A DNA stretch of 64,000 nt from an uncultured virus (IMG/VR IMGVR_UViG_3300049783_001162) (IMGVR_UViG_3300049783_001162); one strand, 5' to 3'; shown: positions 49,901-60,030, counted from the first letter of the stretch. The notes: generated by a model from the sequence alone, not told the origin. Numbers and translations are program-made.

Positions 49901-50130
49901 TGAACGAAGACCAAGTAGCTGATATTTGGAATTTATTCAAGGAGTATCTTGATAAAAAGCATGTCGAACTTGCAGCAGAAAAGTATGTTGATTTATTAGC
50001 AGACTATGGCGTTGACGACATGACTCTTAAAGAGGTTAGCGGAACTGACAAGTTCTTAGATCACGCTATTAATTACTATCTTGATCTAGATACCAACGAC
50101 GACGAAGACAACGAAGAAGACGAGGACTAG
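49900..50130 (+). CDS. Small acidic hypothetical protein
   Basis: 76 aa, coupled to uvsX. Confidence 0.7.
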   Translation: MNEDQVADIWNLFKEYLDKKHVELAAEKYVDLLADYGVDDMTLKEVSGTDKFLDHAINYYLDLDTNDDEDNEEDED

Positions 50131-50132
50131 AA

Positions 50133-50588
50133 ATGGGATGGTATAGCAAAGTCACCAATGACATTACTGAAATTCCAAATGCTATACAATACTTTGAAAG
50201 CGAGCTGGCAACAGCTCGCTTTGAAACCCAGATCAAGGGTAGTATTGAAAAAGCAGCAGCAATGATGCCCGGGATTGTTGAACAAAGATTTAATCAACTT
50301 CAAGAACTTGAGGCTATACTAGAATATCTAAATATTGAATTGCGCAAGCTGCGTAGCTCGTTTTTTAGAAAATATCTAGAAAATTACCAGCGTGCATTAT
50401 CCAGCCGTGATTGCGAAAAGTATGTAGACGGCGAGACAGCAGTTTGTGACTACGAACAACTAATCAACGAATTTGCACTGTTGCGAAACAAATGGCTAGG
50501 TGTACTAAAAGGACTGGATCAGAAACAATGGCAAATGACAAATATTGTCAAACTGCGAGTTGCAGGACTAGATGACGCGGCAATATAA
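50133..50588 (+). CDS. uvsY: Recombination mediator UvsY-like
   Basis: Helical 151 aa, KYVDGE motif, terminal IVKLRVAG; downstream of uvsX. Confidence 0.75.
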   Translation: MGWYSKVTNDITEIPNAIQYFESELATARFETQIKGSIEKAAAMMPGIVEQRFNQLQELEAILEYLNIELRKLRSSFFRKYLENYQRALSSRDCEKYVDGETAVCDYEQLINEFALLRNKWLGVLKGLDQKQWQMTNIVKLRVAGLDDAAI

Positions 50589-51142
50589 TGGCATATAGTA
50601 AAGAATACGTAGAAGAATTAAAACTGTTACATAGTAAAAAAACATTTGGTTTAAATAAAAATATTCCAGATATCGTTCATAAGTTGATCAGCGAAAACGC
50701 TATTAACAGTTTTTTAGACTTTGGGGCAGGCAAGGGCAATACCAGCGAGACAATACGAACAGAATATCCTAATATTAAATTACATACATTTGATCCTGCT
50801 ACATTTCCAAATCCGTTACCGGAACAAGTTGAACTTACGTACAGCAGCGACGTATTAGAACATGTAGAAGAATACTACATTGACGATACTCTACAAGATT
50901 TATGTAACAGAACAACTAGGTATCAATATCATCTTATTGCATGTCATCCTGCAAAGAAGTCACTTAGTGACGGCAGAAATGCACACCTTATTATTGAATC
51001 TCCTAAATGGTGGAAACGCAAACTTGAAGCAATACAAGGATGGCACATCATTCACGAAGAGATTACAGAAAGACATGCAGAAGTTAAAAAAGGCCCGCCG
51101 AGGCATGTTGTAAAATATATCGTAATACTGGAAAAAGAATGA
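50588..51142 (+). CDS. Class I SAM-dependent methyltransferase
   Basis: LDFGAGKG, DVLEHVE, GRNAHLI. Confidence 0.85.
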   Translation: MAYSKEYVEELKLLHSKKTFGLNKNIPDIVHKLISENAINSFLDFGAGKGNTSETIRTEYPNIKLHTFDPATFPNPLPEQVELTYSSDVLEHVEEYYIDDTLQDLCNRTTRYQYHLIACHPAKKSLSDGRNAHLIIESPKWWKRKLEAIQGWHIIHEEITERHAEVKKGPPRHVVKYIVILEKE

Positions 51143-51759
51143 AAAAAGTTTACAACTACTGGATGCCTGACAGTGATGACCACTTTGAGAGGTTGATTGC
51201 CAAGCGTATTAAAAATGGCGGCCCACCAGAATATCAAGACGATGTTAGAGACGCTGCATACAAATACGTCACTGATTTTAATATAGCAGTTGATGTTGGA
51301 GCAAATGTCGGACTATGGTCAAGGCCATTGACAAAGATGTTTAATCATGTTATAGCATTTGAACCATTAGAACAAGTATATAAATGCTTAGAAAAAAATG
51401 TGTCAGGGCTAAACATTGAGATTCACAAACATGCACTAGGTAGTGTTGACAATGTAGTTGAAATGGTTTATGATAGCAAAAACACAGGCGGCAGCTTTGT
51501 TAGTGAAGTTGGTACAGGTGACATTATAATTAAACGCATGGATGAATTGGATCTTCCAAAGTTCGGACTATTGAAAATTGATTGCGAACGGCACGAGTTA
51601 GAAGTACTCAAAGGTGCAACTGAAACGATATTGAAGTATAAACCTATTATTGTTTGCGAGCAGCAAGCAGACACAAATTACAATGCAGGCGCATATCTTA
51701 AAAGTATCGGAGCAAAGGAAATCACTAATGTCAGAAAAGATTATATTTTTGGTTGGTGA
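51139..51759 (+). CDS. FkbM-family methyltransferase
   Basis: VDVGANVG, AFEP, KIDCE..E..VLKGA. Confidence 0.9.
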   Translation: MKKVYNYWMPDSDDHFERLIAKRIKNGGPPEYQDDVRDAAYKYVTDFNIAVDVGANVGLWSRPLTKMFNHVIAFEPLEQVYKCLEKNVSGLNIEIHKHALGSVDNVVEMVYDSKNTGGSFVSEVGTGDIIIKRMDELDLPKFGLLKIDCERHELEVLKGATETILKYKPIIVCEQQADTNYNAGAYLKSIGAKEITNVRKDYIFGW

Positions 51760-51773
51760 AAATAAGTACTTGT

Positions 51774-52544
51774 ATGAAAACAGTAGTATTAGTTTCGGGC
51801 GGATTTGACCCATTGCATTCAGGCCACATTGAATATTTCAAAGAAGCCAAAAAGTTAGGCAACAAGTTAGTTGTGGCTGTCAATTCTGACGCATGGTTGA
51901 CACGTAAGAAGGGCAAGCCGTTTATGTCCTTCGAAGAACGTACAAACATTATCAAGCACTTGGGCATAGTTGATCAAGTTATTGGTTTTAACGATGATGA
52001 CGACAGCGCATGTTGTGCTATTTTTCAAATGCTATCAACACATGGAAGTAGCACTGATATTATCTTTGCCAATGGCGGCGACCGAAATAACATCAACAGT
52101 CCAGAATACAAAATGTACAAGCATCAACATGGATTGCAATTTGCATGCGGCGTAGGCGGCGAAGATAAAAAGAATTCGAGCAGTTCAATTCTCAAAGAAT
52201 GGAGTCAGCCTACAACTAAGCGTGCATGGGGAACATACACTGTATTAGATAAAAATAATGGATGGCAAGTAAAGGAATTATCCTTCTTAGAAGGCAAGTC
52301 ATTAAGTGATCAGAGACACTTCGACCGCAGTGAGCACTGGCATGTTGTGTCTGGACAAATACAAATGAATTTAGAGTTCGAGGACGGCCGCACACTTAAT
52401 AATTTATACATAGCTGGTGAAAGCATTGACATTCCTAAAAATACATGGCACAAAGCAACCAACACTGGCCAGAATACTGCCAAGGTAATAGAAGTTTGGC
52501 TAGGCAACAATCTAACGGAGAACGACATTGAACGAAGAGATTAA
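51774..52544 (+). CDS. Cytidylyltransferase fused to mannose-6-phosphate-isomerase-like cupin
   Basis: SGGFDPLHSGH, NSDAWL.RKKG, FANGGDR, then RAWG.Y, LS.QRH..RSEHW, IEVW.G..L.E.DIER. Confidence 0.85.
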   Translation: MKTVVLVSGGFDPLHSGHIEYFKEAKKLGNKLVVAVNSDAWLTRKKGKPFMSFEERTNIIKHLGIVDQVIGFNDDDDSACCAIFQMLSTHGSSTDIIFANGGDRNNINSPEYKMYKHQHGLQFACGVGGEDKKNSSSSILKEWSQPTTKRAWGTYTVLDKNNGWQVKELSFLEGKSLSDQRHFDRSEHWHVVSGQIQMNLEFEDGRTLNNLYIAGESIDIPKNTWHKATNTGQNTAKVIEVWLGNNLTENDIERRD

Positions 52545-54228
52545 ACCATTAAGAATTTTTATTGGCTGGGATAGCCGAGAAGATATTGCTTATCAAGTCT
52601 GCAAACAAAGTATACTTGACACTGCTAGTGTCCCAGTAGAAATAGTTCCTCTAAAACAAAAAGATTTAATAAGAAAAGGACTGTACAGCAGACCAACAGA
52701 TACTCTTGCATCAACAGAATTTACATTTACTAGATTTCTATTGCCCGAACTTTGCAATTTTCAAGGATGGGCGCTGTTTATAGATTGCGATGTAGTCCTT
52801 AAGACAGACATTAAAGAACTGTTTGATCAAGTAGATGATCAGTATGCAGTTATGTGTGCCCAACATGACTACACTCCTAAAGAAGGCACAAAGATGGACG
52901 GCAAGCAGCAACTTCCGTACCCTCGTAAAAACTGGTCAAGCATGATGCTTGTCAATTGCGGGCATACTAGTAACAAAATAGTTACAAAAGAATTTGTTAA
53001 TGACCCCGAAAAGACCGGTGCTTTCCTACACAGATTTAGCTGGCTACACGACTCTGAACTTGGTAAGATTAGCCATACGTGGAATTGGTTAGTTGGATGG
53101 TATAGCCAACCTACTAACGGTATTCCTGACCTTATTCATTACACAAATGGCGGGCCGTGGTTTGAAGAATACCAAGATTGCGAATACGCAGTTGATTGGT
53201 ACAAGGCACATATTAACTTTTTAAAAACTAATATAAATGTCCTTGAAACTAGAATGACCGCTAATGAAGAAAGAGTAATAGGCATAAGTGACTTGACTCT
53301 TTCGGATCAAAAAAAAAATCTAATTGAGTTATTTTTACAAAGTACAATAGATCCAGACGAAGTGGCATATAAAACAAAAAAGCAATTGCACGATTTAAAG
53401 GACATCGAAATGGGAGTAAAAGTTGTAGCTATATCGCCATCAAAGGGTGATTTTAATACTGCTAAAAAAGGACATTTATATGATCCATATCTTAGAGATT
53501 TTGTATTAGGCAGCGGCGGCACCATTAGTGAATGGAATAAAATAAATCCTAGTGGCGAGTCGACACTAGTTATTCGAGGCCTTGGTAGCACTAGTCAAAC
53601 TGCTCTTCGATATTGTTTAGAAAACAAAAGAAACTTTTATGCTATAGACACCGGATATTTACAACCCGGAACTAAAAAACAGTATCATAGAGTATCATTT
53701 AATGGACTGCAAAATACAAATCCGCTGGTCGCTAGAGACAATAGCCGTCTTGATAAATTAAATTTTAAACCCGGAAAGTTCAAGACTGGTCGTAAAATAT
53801 TACTTGTACCACCGAGTGAAAAAGTAATGATGTTTTACGGCAAGGATCTCGACGAATGGATGTCTGAAACTATTACCGAAATTAAAAAACACACCGACAG
53901 GCCTATCGAAATTAGATTAAAACCTAATCGAACAGACAGAGTTACTAGCAACCCAATTTGGCAAGCAATGCAAGATGACGTACATTGTTTAGTTACATTT
54001 AATAGTATTGCTGCAACAGAAGCATTTTTGTTTGGACTACCTGCTATTGCATTAGCGCCCAATGCAGCAACATCTGTGTGCAATACCAGTATTGATCAGA
54101 TTGAAAACTTAACAACTCCTGCGATAGATTTACAAATACCGTTAGCAAGGCATTTGAGCTATTGTCAATTCACATCAAGTGAATTAGCCAATGGAACTGC
54201 ATGGCATATTTTAAATGAAGGTAGTTAG
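52528..54228 (+). CDS. Two-domain glycosyltransferase (GT-A/GT8-like plus KpsS-like)
   Basis: IFIGWDSRE, STEFTFTRFL, FIDCD, YPRKNWSS, HYTNGGPW; C-terminal VTFNSIAATEA...GLPA. Confidence 0.8.
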   Translation: MNEEIKPLRIFIGWDSREDIAYQVCKQSILDTASVPVEIVPLKQKDLIRKGLYSRPTDTLASTEFTFTRFLLPELCNFQGWALFIDCDVVLKTDIKELFDQVDDQYAVMCAQHDYTPKEGTKMDGKQQLPYPRKNWSSMMLVNCGHTSNKIVTKEFVNDPEKTGAFLHRFSWLHDSELGKISHTWNWLVGWYSQPTNGIPDLIHYTNGGPWFEEYQDCEYAVDWYKAHINFLKTNINVLETRMTANEERVIGISDLTLSDQKKNLIELFLQSTIDPDEVAYKTKKQLHDLKDIEMGVKVVAISPSKGDFNTAKKGHLYDPYLRDFVLGSGGTISEWNKINPSGESTLVIRGLGSTSQTALRYCLENKRNFYAIDTGYLQPGTKKQYHRVSFNGLQNTNPLVARDNSRLDKLNFKPGKFKTGRKILLVPPSEKVMMFYGKDLDEWMSETITEIKKHTDRPIEIRLKPNRTDRVTSNPIWQAMQDDVHCLVTFNSIAATEAFLFGLPAIALAPNAATSVCNTSIDQIENLTTPAIDLQIPLARHLSYCQFTSSELANGTAWHILNEGS

Positions 54229-55129
54229 TTATTTAAAAACTGTTCCGGCTCGCAATAGCAATCAGCAAAAACCGCAATTGTTAATTAACTTTATTAAAGG
54301 CGTAAATGCAGCAGGCGACACTGGAATTGTTAGTAACTCAGAAGTTATACAAACTGCAGATGTAGCAGTGATACAGGGGTGGGTGTATGCTGACACTAGC
54401 AGTGCTCATTTGAAATTAAGAAAACAAATTATTGATGCTCAAAAAGTAGTAACTGGTGACGCCAATTTATTTTTGTATAAAGATAAAACAAATCCGCACG
54501 GGTACTTGCGATACAGCTTTAATGGCATATTTCCGACTACTGGAATTTATTGCGACACTGATGTTAATCCTATACGATGGAATCAAATTTCCAAAGATAC
54601 TAATATACAATTAGAAGATTACAAAGTTAAAGGAAAAAGTATTGTTTTAATGCTGCAACGCAACAAAGGCTGGAGTTTAAAAGGTACAGATGTGCAACAA
54701 TGGGCAATAAAAACAATTACCCAACTGCGCCAACATACTGACAGGCCTATAATAATTAGAACACACCCGGGTGATAAATCAGCAGCTACATATATAAACA
54801 CTTTAAATAATTCTATAAAACATATGAGCAATGTCAGAATAAGTGCAGTTGGCACTAGCTTGACTACTGACTTGCATAAAGCATGGGCCATAATAAATCA
54901 TAATAGTAGCGCAGCAGTCGGCCCAATTATAGAAGGGTATCATTGCTTCTTAACAGATCCTGCTGATAGCCAGTGTGCCGAAGTTAGCAATATCGATTTT
55001 AGAAATATCGAAAATCCTCAAGAGTTTGACCGCCAACGGTGGCTGGAACGTATTAGCATGTTCCATTGGAAATTTGATGAACTAGAATCAGGCGAATGCT
55101 GGCGGCACATGCGCAATTACTGCCAGTAA
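54215..55129 (+). CDS. KpsS/capsule-synthesis-like glycosyltransferase
   Basis: IIIRTHPGD, INHNSSAAV; paralogous to the C-domain of 52528 and to 55998. Confidence 0.6.
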   Translation: MKVVSYLKTVPARNSNQQKPQLLINFIKGVNAAGDTGIVSNSEVIQTADVAVIQGWVYADTSSAHLKLRKQIIDAQKVVTGDANLFLYKDKTNPHGYLRYSFNGIFPTTGIYCDTDVNPIRWNQISKDTNIQLEDYKVKGKSIVLMLQRNKGWSLKGTDVQQWAIKTITQLRQHTDRPIIIRTHPGDKSAATYINTLNNSIKHMSNVRISAVGTSLTTDLHKAWAIINHNSSAAVGPIIEGYHCFLTDPADSQCAEVSNIDFRNIENPQEFDRQRWLERISMFHWKFDELESGECWRHMRNYCQ

Positions 55130-55959
55130 CCTTCGTTTCTGTCAACTATTAGGTCCTTAGTCAAACTCTTTCCGGCGTTCTTTCGGTTGCCCTTCATGTG
55201 GTCAATCCATTGTCCTAACTTGGTATTAATAAGAGGATGCCCGCCTCCGCCTGTCTTTGCTTCCCTCAAGTACATCTCTGCACTATAATCCAACACATTT
55301 GGCGCAAGTTGTTTCATCTTGTTTACAATATCTCCAAACACAAAGCTGTCGTGCCATTCTTCGAGTAAAAAGATTCCATTTGGTGCATCAGTGTATACTC
55401 TTTCAAACTCTGCCAAGAATTCCTGACACACTGTATCTTTTAAATTCATGCCATAGAACCCACACTCGGGCCATGTTTGCGATCCTTTGCCACGGCCCAC
55501 ATATGTGATCCAGCTGGTCTTCGGCAGGCACTCGTTGAATTGATCAAAACTCCAATCACTGTGTACAAACGTGTCGGCATCCATCCACACACACCAGTCT
55601 GTACAGCGTCTACAAGCGTCGTACACGGCGTAGGTCTTGTTGGCAAACCGTACAGCATCCCACTTGAATGCTTTGTGATGATCGCGTTGTCGCTTTGCAC
55701 GAATGTCAGCAGGAGGAATTCCGTTTGCTTTTGGATCATCTTTCCACCGCATCTTAAACGCATTCAAGTCTGGTAAAACCAGTGCTGCATCAAGAATTGT
55801 AATCTGATTCTCGTCTGGGTTAACAGGCTTGCAATTTTCAGTGTACACTAAAAGTTTAACTTTCTTGTCGACTCGTTGAGCAAAGCTATCTAAAAACCGT
55901 TGTCCGTACAAGTCCATTCCCTCTTTGTGAAATGTTGTAACCACAGTTATATCTGTCAT
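55117..55959 (-). CDS. GT-A fold glycosyltransferase
   Basis: VVTTF, AVRFANK, VWMDAD (DxD), ECGF, EWHDSFVF, DHMKG.RK. Confidence 0.7.
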   Translation of the reverse strand: MTDITVVTTFHKEGMDLYGQRFLDSFAQRVDKKVKLLVYTENCKPVNPDENQITILDAALVLPDLNAFKMRWKDDPKANGIPPADIRAKRQRDHHKAFKWDAVRFANKTYAVYDACRRCTDWCVWMDADTFVHSDWSFDQFNECLPKTSWITYVGRGKGSQTWPECGFYGMNLKDTVCQEFLAEFERVYTDAPNGIFLLEEWHDSFVFGDIVNKMKQLAPNVLDYSAEMYLREAKTGGGGHPLINTKLGQWIDHMKGNRKNAGKSLTKDLIVDRNEGYWQ

Positions 55960-55971
55960 TTGTAAATCCTT

Positions 55972-55994
55972 TAAATACAGTAGTAAGGTATTTA
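55972..55994. promoter_or_regulatory. Crossed divergent late promoters
   Basis: TAAATA on + at 55972-55977 and on - at 55989-55994 in a 38-bp intergenic gap. Confidence 0.65.
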
Positions 55995-55997
55995 ACT

Positions 55998-56843
55998 ATG
56001 AAATTCAGTCTCTTTAGAGAATATGGTGCGCTCAACAGCAAACCTGTTTTTGATGCATTTGAAAAGAGTTTAATTGACAGCGGTCACAGATCACTAGGCG
56101 ACGATATGCATGCTGATGTTGCAGTAATATGGAGTGTTCTCTGGAATGGTAGGATGGTAGGCAACAAACCAATATGGGATTATTTTAGAAAAACTCATCG
56201 AAATGTAATAGTTCTTGAAGTCGGCGGGTTACAACGAGGTACTACATGGAAGGTAGGACTTAACGGAATAAACCGAGATGCATACTTTTCACCAACTGGA
56301 AACAACAACAGTCGTGCTGATCAGCTCGGCCTTGATCTAAAACCTTGGCGGAGCAAGGGAGGACCTATTTATATTTGCTGCCAGCACAACAAAAGCCTAC
56401 AATGGGCAAATATGCCGACTATTAACGCATGGGTATCAGAATCAATTGACACTATCCGACAACACACTGATAGAGAAATTATTGTACGACCTCACCCGCG
56501 TTGTCCATTATCATACAACAATTCTAAATATAAAGATGTAAGTATACAGCAGCCCCGGTTGATCAAGGGATCGTATGACGATTACGATTTACAGTACAAA
56601 GATGCATGGAGTGTTGTAAATTGGAGTAGTAACCCTGGGGTGCAAGCTGTTAGAGAAGGAGTGCCGGCATTTGTAGGATCCAGCAGCTTGGCACATGATG
56701 TAGCTTCGCAAGACCTAACACAAATTGAAAACCCTCTAATGCCAGATAGACAACAATGGCTAAACGACCTTGCACACACAGAATATACTATTGCAGAAAT
56801 TGCTCACGGTATTCCGCTGAATAACTTGACACAGTACATGTAA
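55998..56843 (+). CDS. KpsS/capsule-synthesis-like glycosyltransferase
   Basis: LEVGGL.RG.TW, IIVRPHPR, VNWSSNPGVQAVREGVPAF. Confidence 0.65.
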   Translation: MKFSLFREYGALNSKPVFDAFEKSLIDSGHRSLGDDMHADVAVIWSVLWNGRMVGNKPIWDYFRKTHRNVIVLEVGGLQRGTTWKVGLNGINRDAYFSPTGNNNSRADQLGLDLKPWRSKGGPIYICCQHNKSLQWANMPTINAWVSESIDTIRQHTDREIIVRPHPRCPLSYNNSKYKDVSIQQPRLIKGSYDDYDLQYKDAWSVVNWSSNPGVQAVREGVPAFVGSSSLAHDVASQDLTQIENPLMPDRQQWLNDLAHTEYTIAEIAHGIPLNNLTQYM

Positions 56844-56854
56844 CATGCTAGTAT
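56826..56854 (+). promoter_or_regulatory. Sigma70-type promoter, leaderless
   Basis: TTGACA-17 bp-TAGTAT with TG extension; ATG at 56861. Confidence 0.75.
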
Positions 56855-56860
56855 TACATT

Positions 56861-58039
56861 ATGACACAAACAATTGAAGATGTAATTCTTAAGATCAACG
56901 AAGTCGACCTTGGTGAATCAGACAAGCAAGTACTGTTAAGTTTGCGTTCGCAGTTATTGAAAAATGTTTCTCTAACTGATCGTCAATACGAACTTTCCAA
57001 GGAAAAACTAGTCAAATACAAGGACGAATTGTGTGAGTTGGGTATTACAGACCTAGCAACATCAATGTCTACACTTGGTTCCACTCTTCGCTTTATCGAC
57101 CGAGCAAAAACTATAACTATAGTTGATGATGTGAATTTGAGTTATCCTTTACTGAATCAGTTAAGTCCAACATACATTAAGATTGATTTCCCTTTCAATA
57201 AGAAAACTATTGCAGCAATTGACAATATGGCCCGTGCTGAACCAAAATCTGGCTATTTTCATCCACGCGGCGGAAAGTCTCACTATTTTCCGTTGACTGA
57301 ATTAAATATTGCAATGGTAATAGATACATTTAAAGATAGGAACTTTAACATCGACCAAGAACTCATTGACAACGCCGCAGCCATTGAAGAGATTAAAACA
57401 ACCAAATCGCTTTTTGTTCCTGGCATTTACAACAATCAGATGTTAAACTTGAAACCTGCAGCGACGGAATTAATTTCGGAAGAAATTAGTCTTGACGACC
57501 CTAATAGGTTAATCAAGCTGTGTGATCGTCGATTCAGGTACGGCCTTAATCATGTTGATATAGATACTGACAAAGATACTTTAGATCCAACAAGTGTACT
57601 TTCACACATTATAAGTCGACTTGCACCGCTTGTTGAAATGGAGTTAACTGATTGTAACATTGCTGAGACATCTGCTGCACTTAGTACATTGGATCATTTT
57701 CCAATATTAGTATTAGTTGATGGCAAATCGGCACTAAAACAAATTACTATGATGCATCAAGCATTTCCTAATATTGATAATGCTACTCAGTCTGTGCTAT
57801 TTAGAGAACCCAGCGGCGACGGAGACCTTGTTAACACTTATATAAAGGAAAATAACCTCAACAATTGGGTTGACGACACTACAAAAATAGTGTATATTAA
57901 TAAGAAAAAGCTTCCAAAGATCTTGCTTAAAAGTAACTGGAAGCCAAGGTGTGCTATAAGTTTCTCAGAGCAACGCTCTTGTGAACACATTAGAATATAT
58001 GCAGCTCAGCACGCAGACCTAATTATACGTCCAAAATAA
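56861..58039 (+). CDS. Hypothetical protein
   Basis: 392 aa; LTDRQY motif; upstream of helicase. Confidence 0.7.
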   Translation: MTQTIEDVILKINEVDLGESDKQVLLSLRSQLLKNVSLTDRQYELSKEKLVKYKDELCELGITDLATSMSTLGSTLRFIDRAKTITIVDDVNLSYPLLNQLSPTYIKIDFPFNKKTIAAIDNMARAEPKSGYFHPRGGKSHYFPLTELNIAMVIDTFKDRNFNIDQELIDNAAAIEEIKTTKSLFVPGIYNNQMLNLKPAATELISEEISLDDPNRLIKLCDRRFRYGLNHVDIDTDKDTLDPTSVLSHIISRLAPLVEMELTDCNIAETSAALSTLDHFPILVLVDGKSALKQITMMHQAFPNIDNATQSVLFREPSGDGDLVNTYIKENNLNNWVDDTTKIVYINKKKLPKILLKSNWKPRCAISFSEQRSCEHIRIYAAQHADLIIRPK

Positions 58040-58058
58040 CGAGTAGAAAAAAAATATT

Positions 58059-59516
58059 ATGAGTTTATGTAAATTAATAATCGAAGACGAAGTAAATATA
58101 AAATTTGAAGGATTGTCAGTGGATGTGCGACGACAGATGTCCAACGCACTGAAGTTCGAAGTTCCTTATGCAAAGCACATGCCACAGTTTAAACTAGGTC
58201 GGTGGGACGGTAAAGTTGGCTTTTTTGGGCTCGGCGGCGCCGGCTACTTGAGTCATCTAGACGTATTGTTACCGATACTTGAAAAGAATAAGGTGAATAT
58301 TTCAGAAATTGTTGATAAAAGATCTCCAATTGAATTGAATTTTCAACCTATTACTTGCAACTATTGGGGCTCTACAGTGTGGCCAAAAGGGCATCCTGCT
58401 GAAGGCGAACCTATTATACTACGAGACTATCAAGTCGAAGCAATTAACAATTTTATACAAAATCCACAAAGTTTACAGCAAATTGCAACCGGCGCAGGTA
58501 AAACAATTATTACAGCAACGTTATCTAAAATGTGCGAAGTGTACGGCAGGAGTTTGATTATTGTACCTAACAAAAGTCTAGTTGAACAAACAGAAGAAGA
58601 CTATATTAATTGCGGACTAGATGTAGGTGTTTACTTTGGAGACAGAAAAGAACTAGGAAAGACACACACCATCTGTACATGGCAGAGTCTTAATATACTC
58701 AACAAGCGCCACAAAGACGGCATCTCAACTCTTAGCTTGGCCGAATTTTTAGAAGACGTAGCGACTGTTATAGTTGACGAAGTACACCAAGCCAAAGCCG
58801 ACGTACTGAAAAATATTCTAACACAAAACTTGAAGAATGCACCAATACGCTGGGGACTTACAGGAACAATTCCCAAAGAAGCATTTGAATTTCAAAGCAT
58901 ACTTGCAAGTCTCGGCCCTGTTGTAGGAAACGTAACAGCAAAGGAATTGCAGGACAAGGGTGTGTTATCAAAATGTCATGTTAATATATGTCAACTGATG
59001 GATATCAAGGCATTTACAAATTATCAAGAAGAACTCAAGTATCTTGTATCAGACGAAGCTCGCCTTGAATATCTTGGTAAGTTGATGATTAAGATAAAAA
59101 GTTCAGGAAATACATTAATCTTAGTTGACCGAATTGCAGCAGGCGAAAAATTACAACAACTAATTCCGGGCTCTGTTTTCATCAACGGATCTGTAAAAAC
59201 CAAGAATAGAAAAGAAACATACGACAAGGTGCAGGATGCCACAGACATGGTAATTATTGCAACATACGGCGTAGCTGCTGTTGGAATTAACATTCCGAGA
59301 ATCTTTAATTTAGTATTGTTTGAACCTGGCAAAAGTTTTGTTAGAGTTATTCAGTCAATTGGCAGAGGCGTAAGAAAAGCAAAGGACAAAGACTTTGTCC
59401 AAATATGGGATATTACCAGCACATGTAAGTTTGCCAAGCGGCACCTTACTGCACGTAAGAAATTTTACAAAGAAGCAGAATACCCATTTACTATAGAAAA
59501 AATAGATTGGAATTAA
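58059..59516 (+). CDS. uvsW: Superfamily 2 helicase UvsW-like
   Basis: LRDYQ, ATGAGKT, VDEVH, GLTGT, ATYGVAAVGINIP, QSIGRGVR. Confidence 0.92.
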   Translation: MSLCKLIIEDEVNIKFEGLSVDVRRQMSNALKFEVPYAKHMPQFKLGRWDGKVGFFGLGGAGYLSHLDVLLPILEKNKVNISEIVDKRSPIELNFQPITCNYWGSTVWPKGHPAEGEPIILRDYQVEAINNFIQNPQSLQQIATGAGKTIITATLSKMCEVYGRSLIIVPNKSLVEQTEEDYINCGLDVGVYFGDRKELGKTHTICTWQSLNILNKRHKDGISTLSLAEFLEDVATVIVDEVHQAKADVLKNILTQNLKNAPIRWGLTGTIPKEAFEFQSILASLGPVVGNVTAKELQDKGVLSKCHVNICQLMDIKAFTNYQEELKYLVSDEARLEYLGKLMIKIKSSGNTLILVDRIAAGEKLQQLIPGSVFINGSVKTKNRKETYDKVQDATDMVIIATYGVAAVGINIPRIFNLVLFEPGKSFVRVIQSIGRGVRKAKDKDFVQIWDITSTCKFAKRHLTARKKFYKEAEYPFTIEKIDWN

Positions 59517-59523
59517 AACTAAC

Positions 59524-60030
59524 ATGAGAATACTAACTCTAGAAAACGAAACATTTATACTTAATCAATTGCCGGAATCAGTTGACGAAGCATTGCGCTT
59601 TGCAGTGCTAGACAACAGTAATCCAGCAGATCCGGATTTCTTTTTTAATCCATTGATATTTCTAGAAAGCTTCAACAGCCCTGCTATTGTGCTAGAGATA
59701 AACGGCAACGAGATTACAATGCCGTTGGACTGGTGTCTAGCAGTAGGTTGTAGCGAAGCAGGCAGCGACTTAGAGGTATTACCTCTAACCAGCTTGAACG
59801 ATAGAGGATTTGAAGCATTTGTATTCAATCCCCTAACTGGAACACATCCGCAATACGCAAAGGTAGAAATAATAAATTTCTACAATGATGTCAAGTGGTA
59901 TTTTCCAAAAATGAGAAACGGACAATTGTTAGCAGTTCCCCTTAACGAGGAACCGAACGCAAATTGTGCGTTTTTTGTAAAAGACATAAGTCGCCAGAGT
60001 GAAATTATCGACTTCGGCAAATTATTATAA
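59524..60030 (+). CDS. Hypothetical protein
   Basis: 168 aa, beta-rich, follows uvsW. Confidence 0.7.
   Translation: MRILTLENETFILNQLPESVDEALRFAVLDNSNPADPDFFFNPLIFLESFNSPAIVLEINGNEITMPLDWCLAVGCSEAGSDLEVLPLTSLNDRGFEAFVFNPLTGTHPQYAKVEIINFYNDVKWYFPKMRNGQLLAVPLNEEPNANCAFFVKDISRQSEIIDFGKLL

Noticed and set aside
50588..51759. DNA methyltransferases of a restriction-modification system
   Set aside because: They lack DPPY/NPPY or PC motifs; they are FkbM/small-molecule types in a glycan context.
44539..59516. Inteins or introns in terminase, UvsX or UvsW
   Set aside because: All have ordinary lengths with contiguous motifs and no splice-junction signatures.
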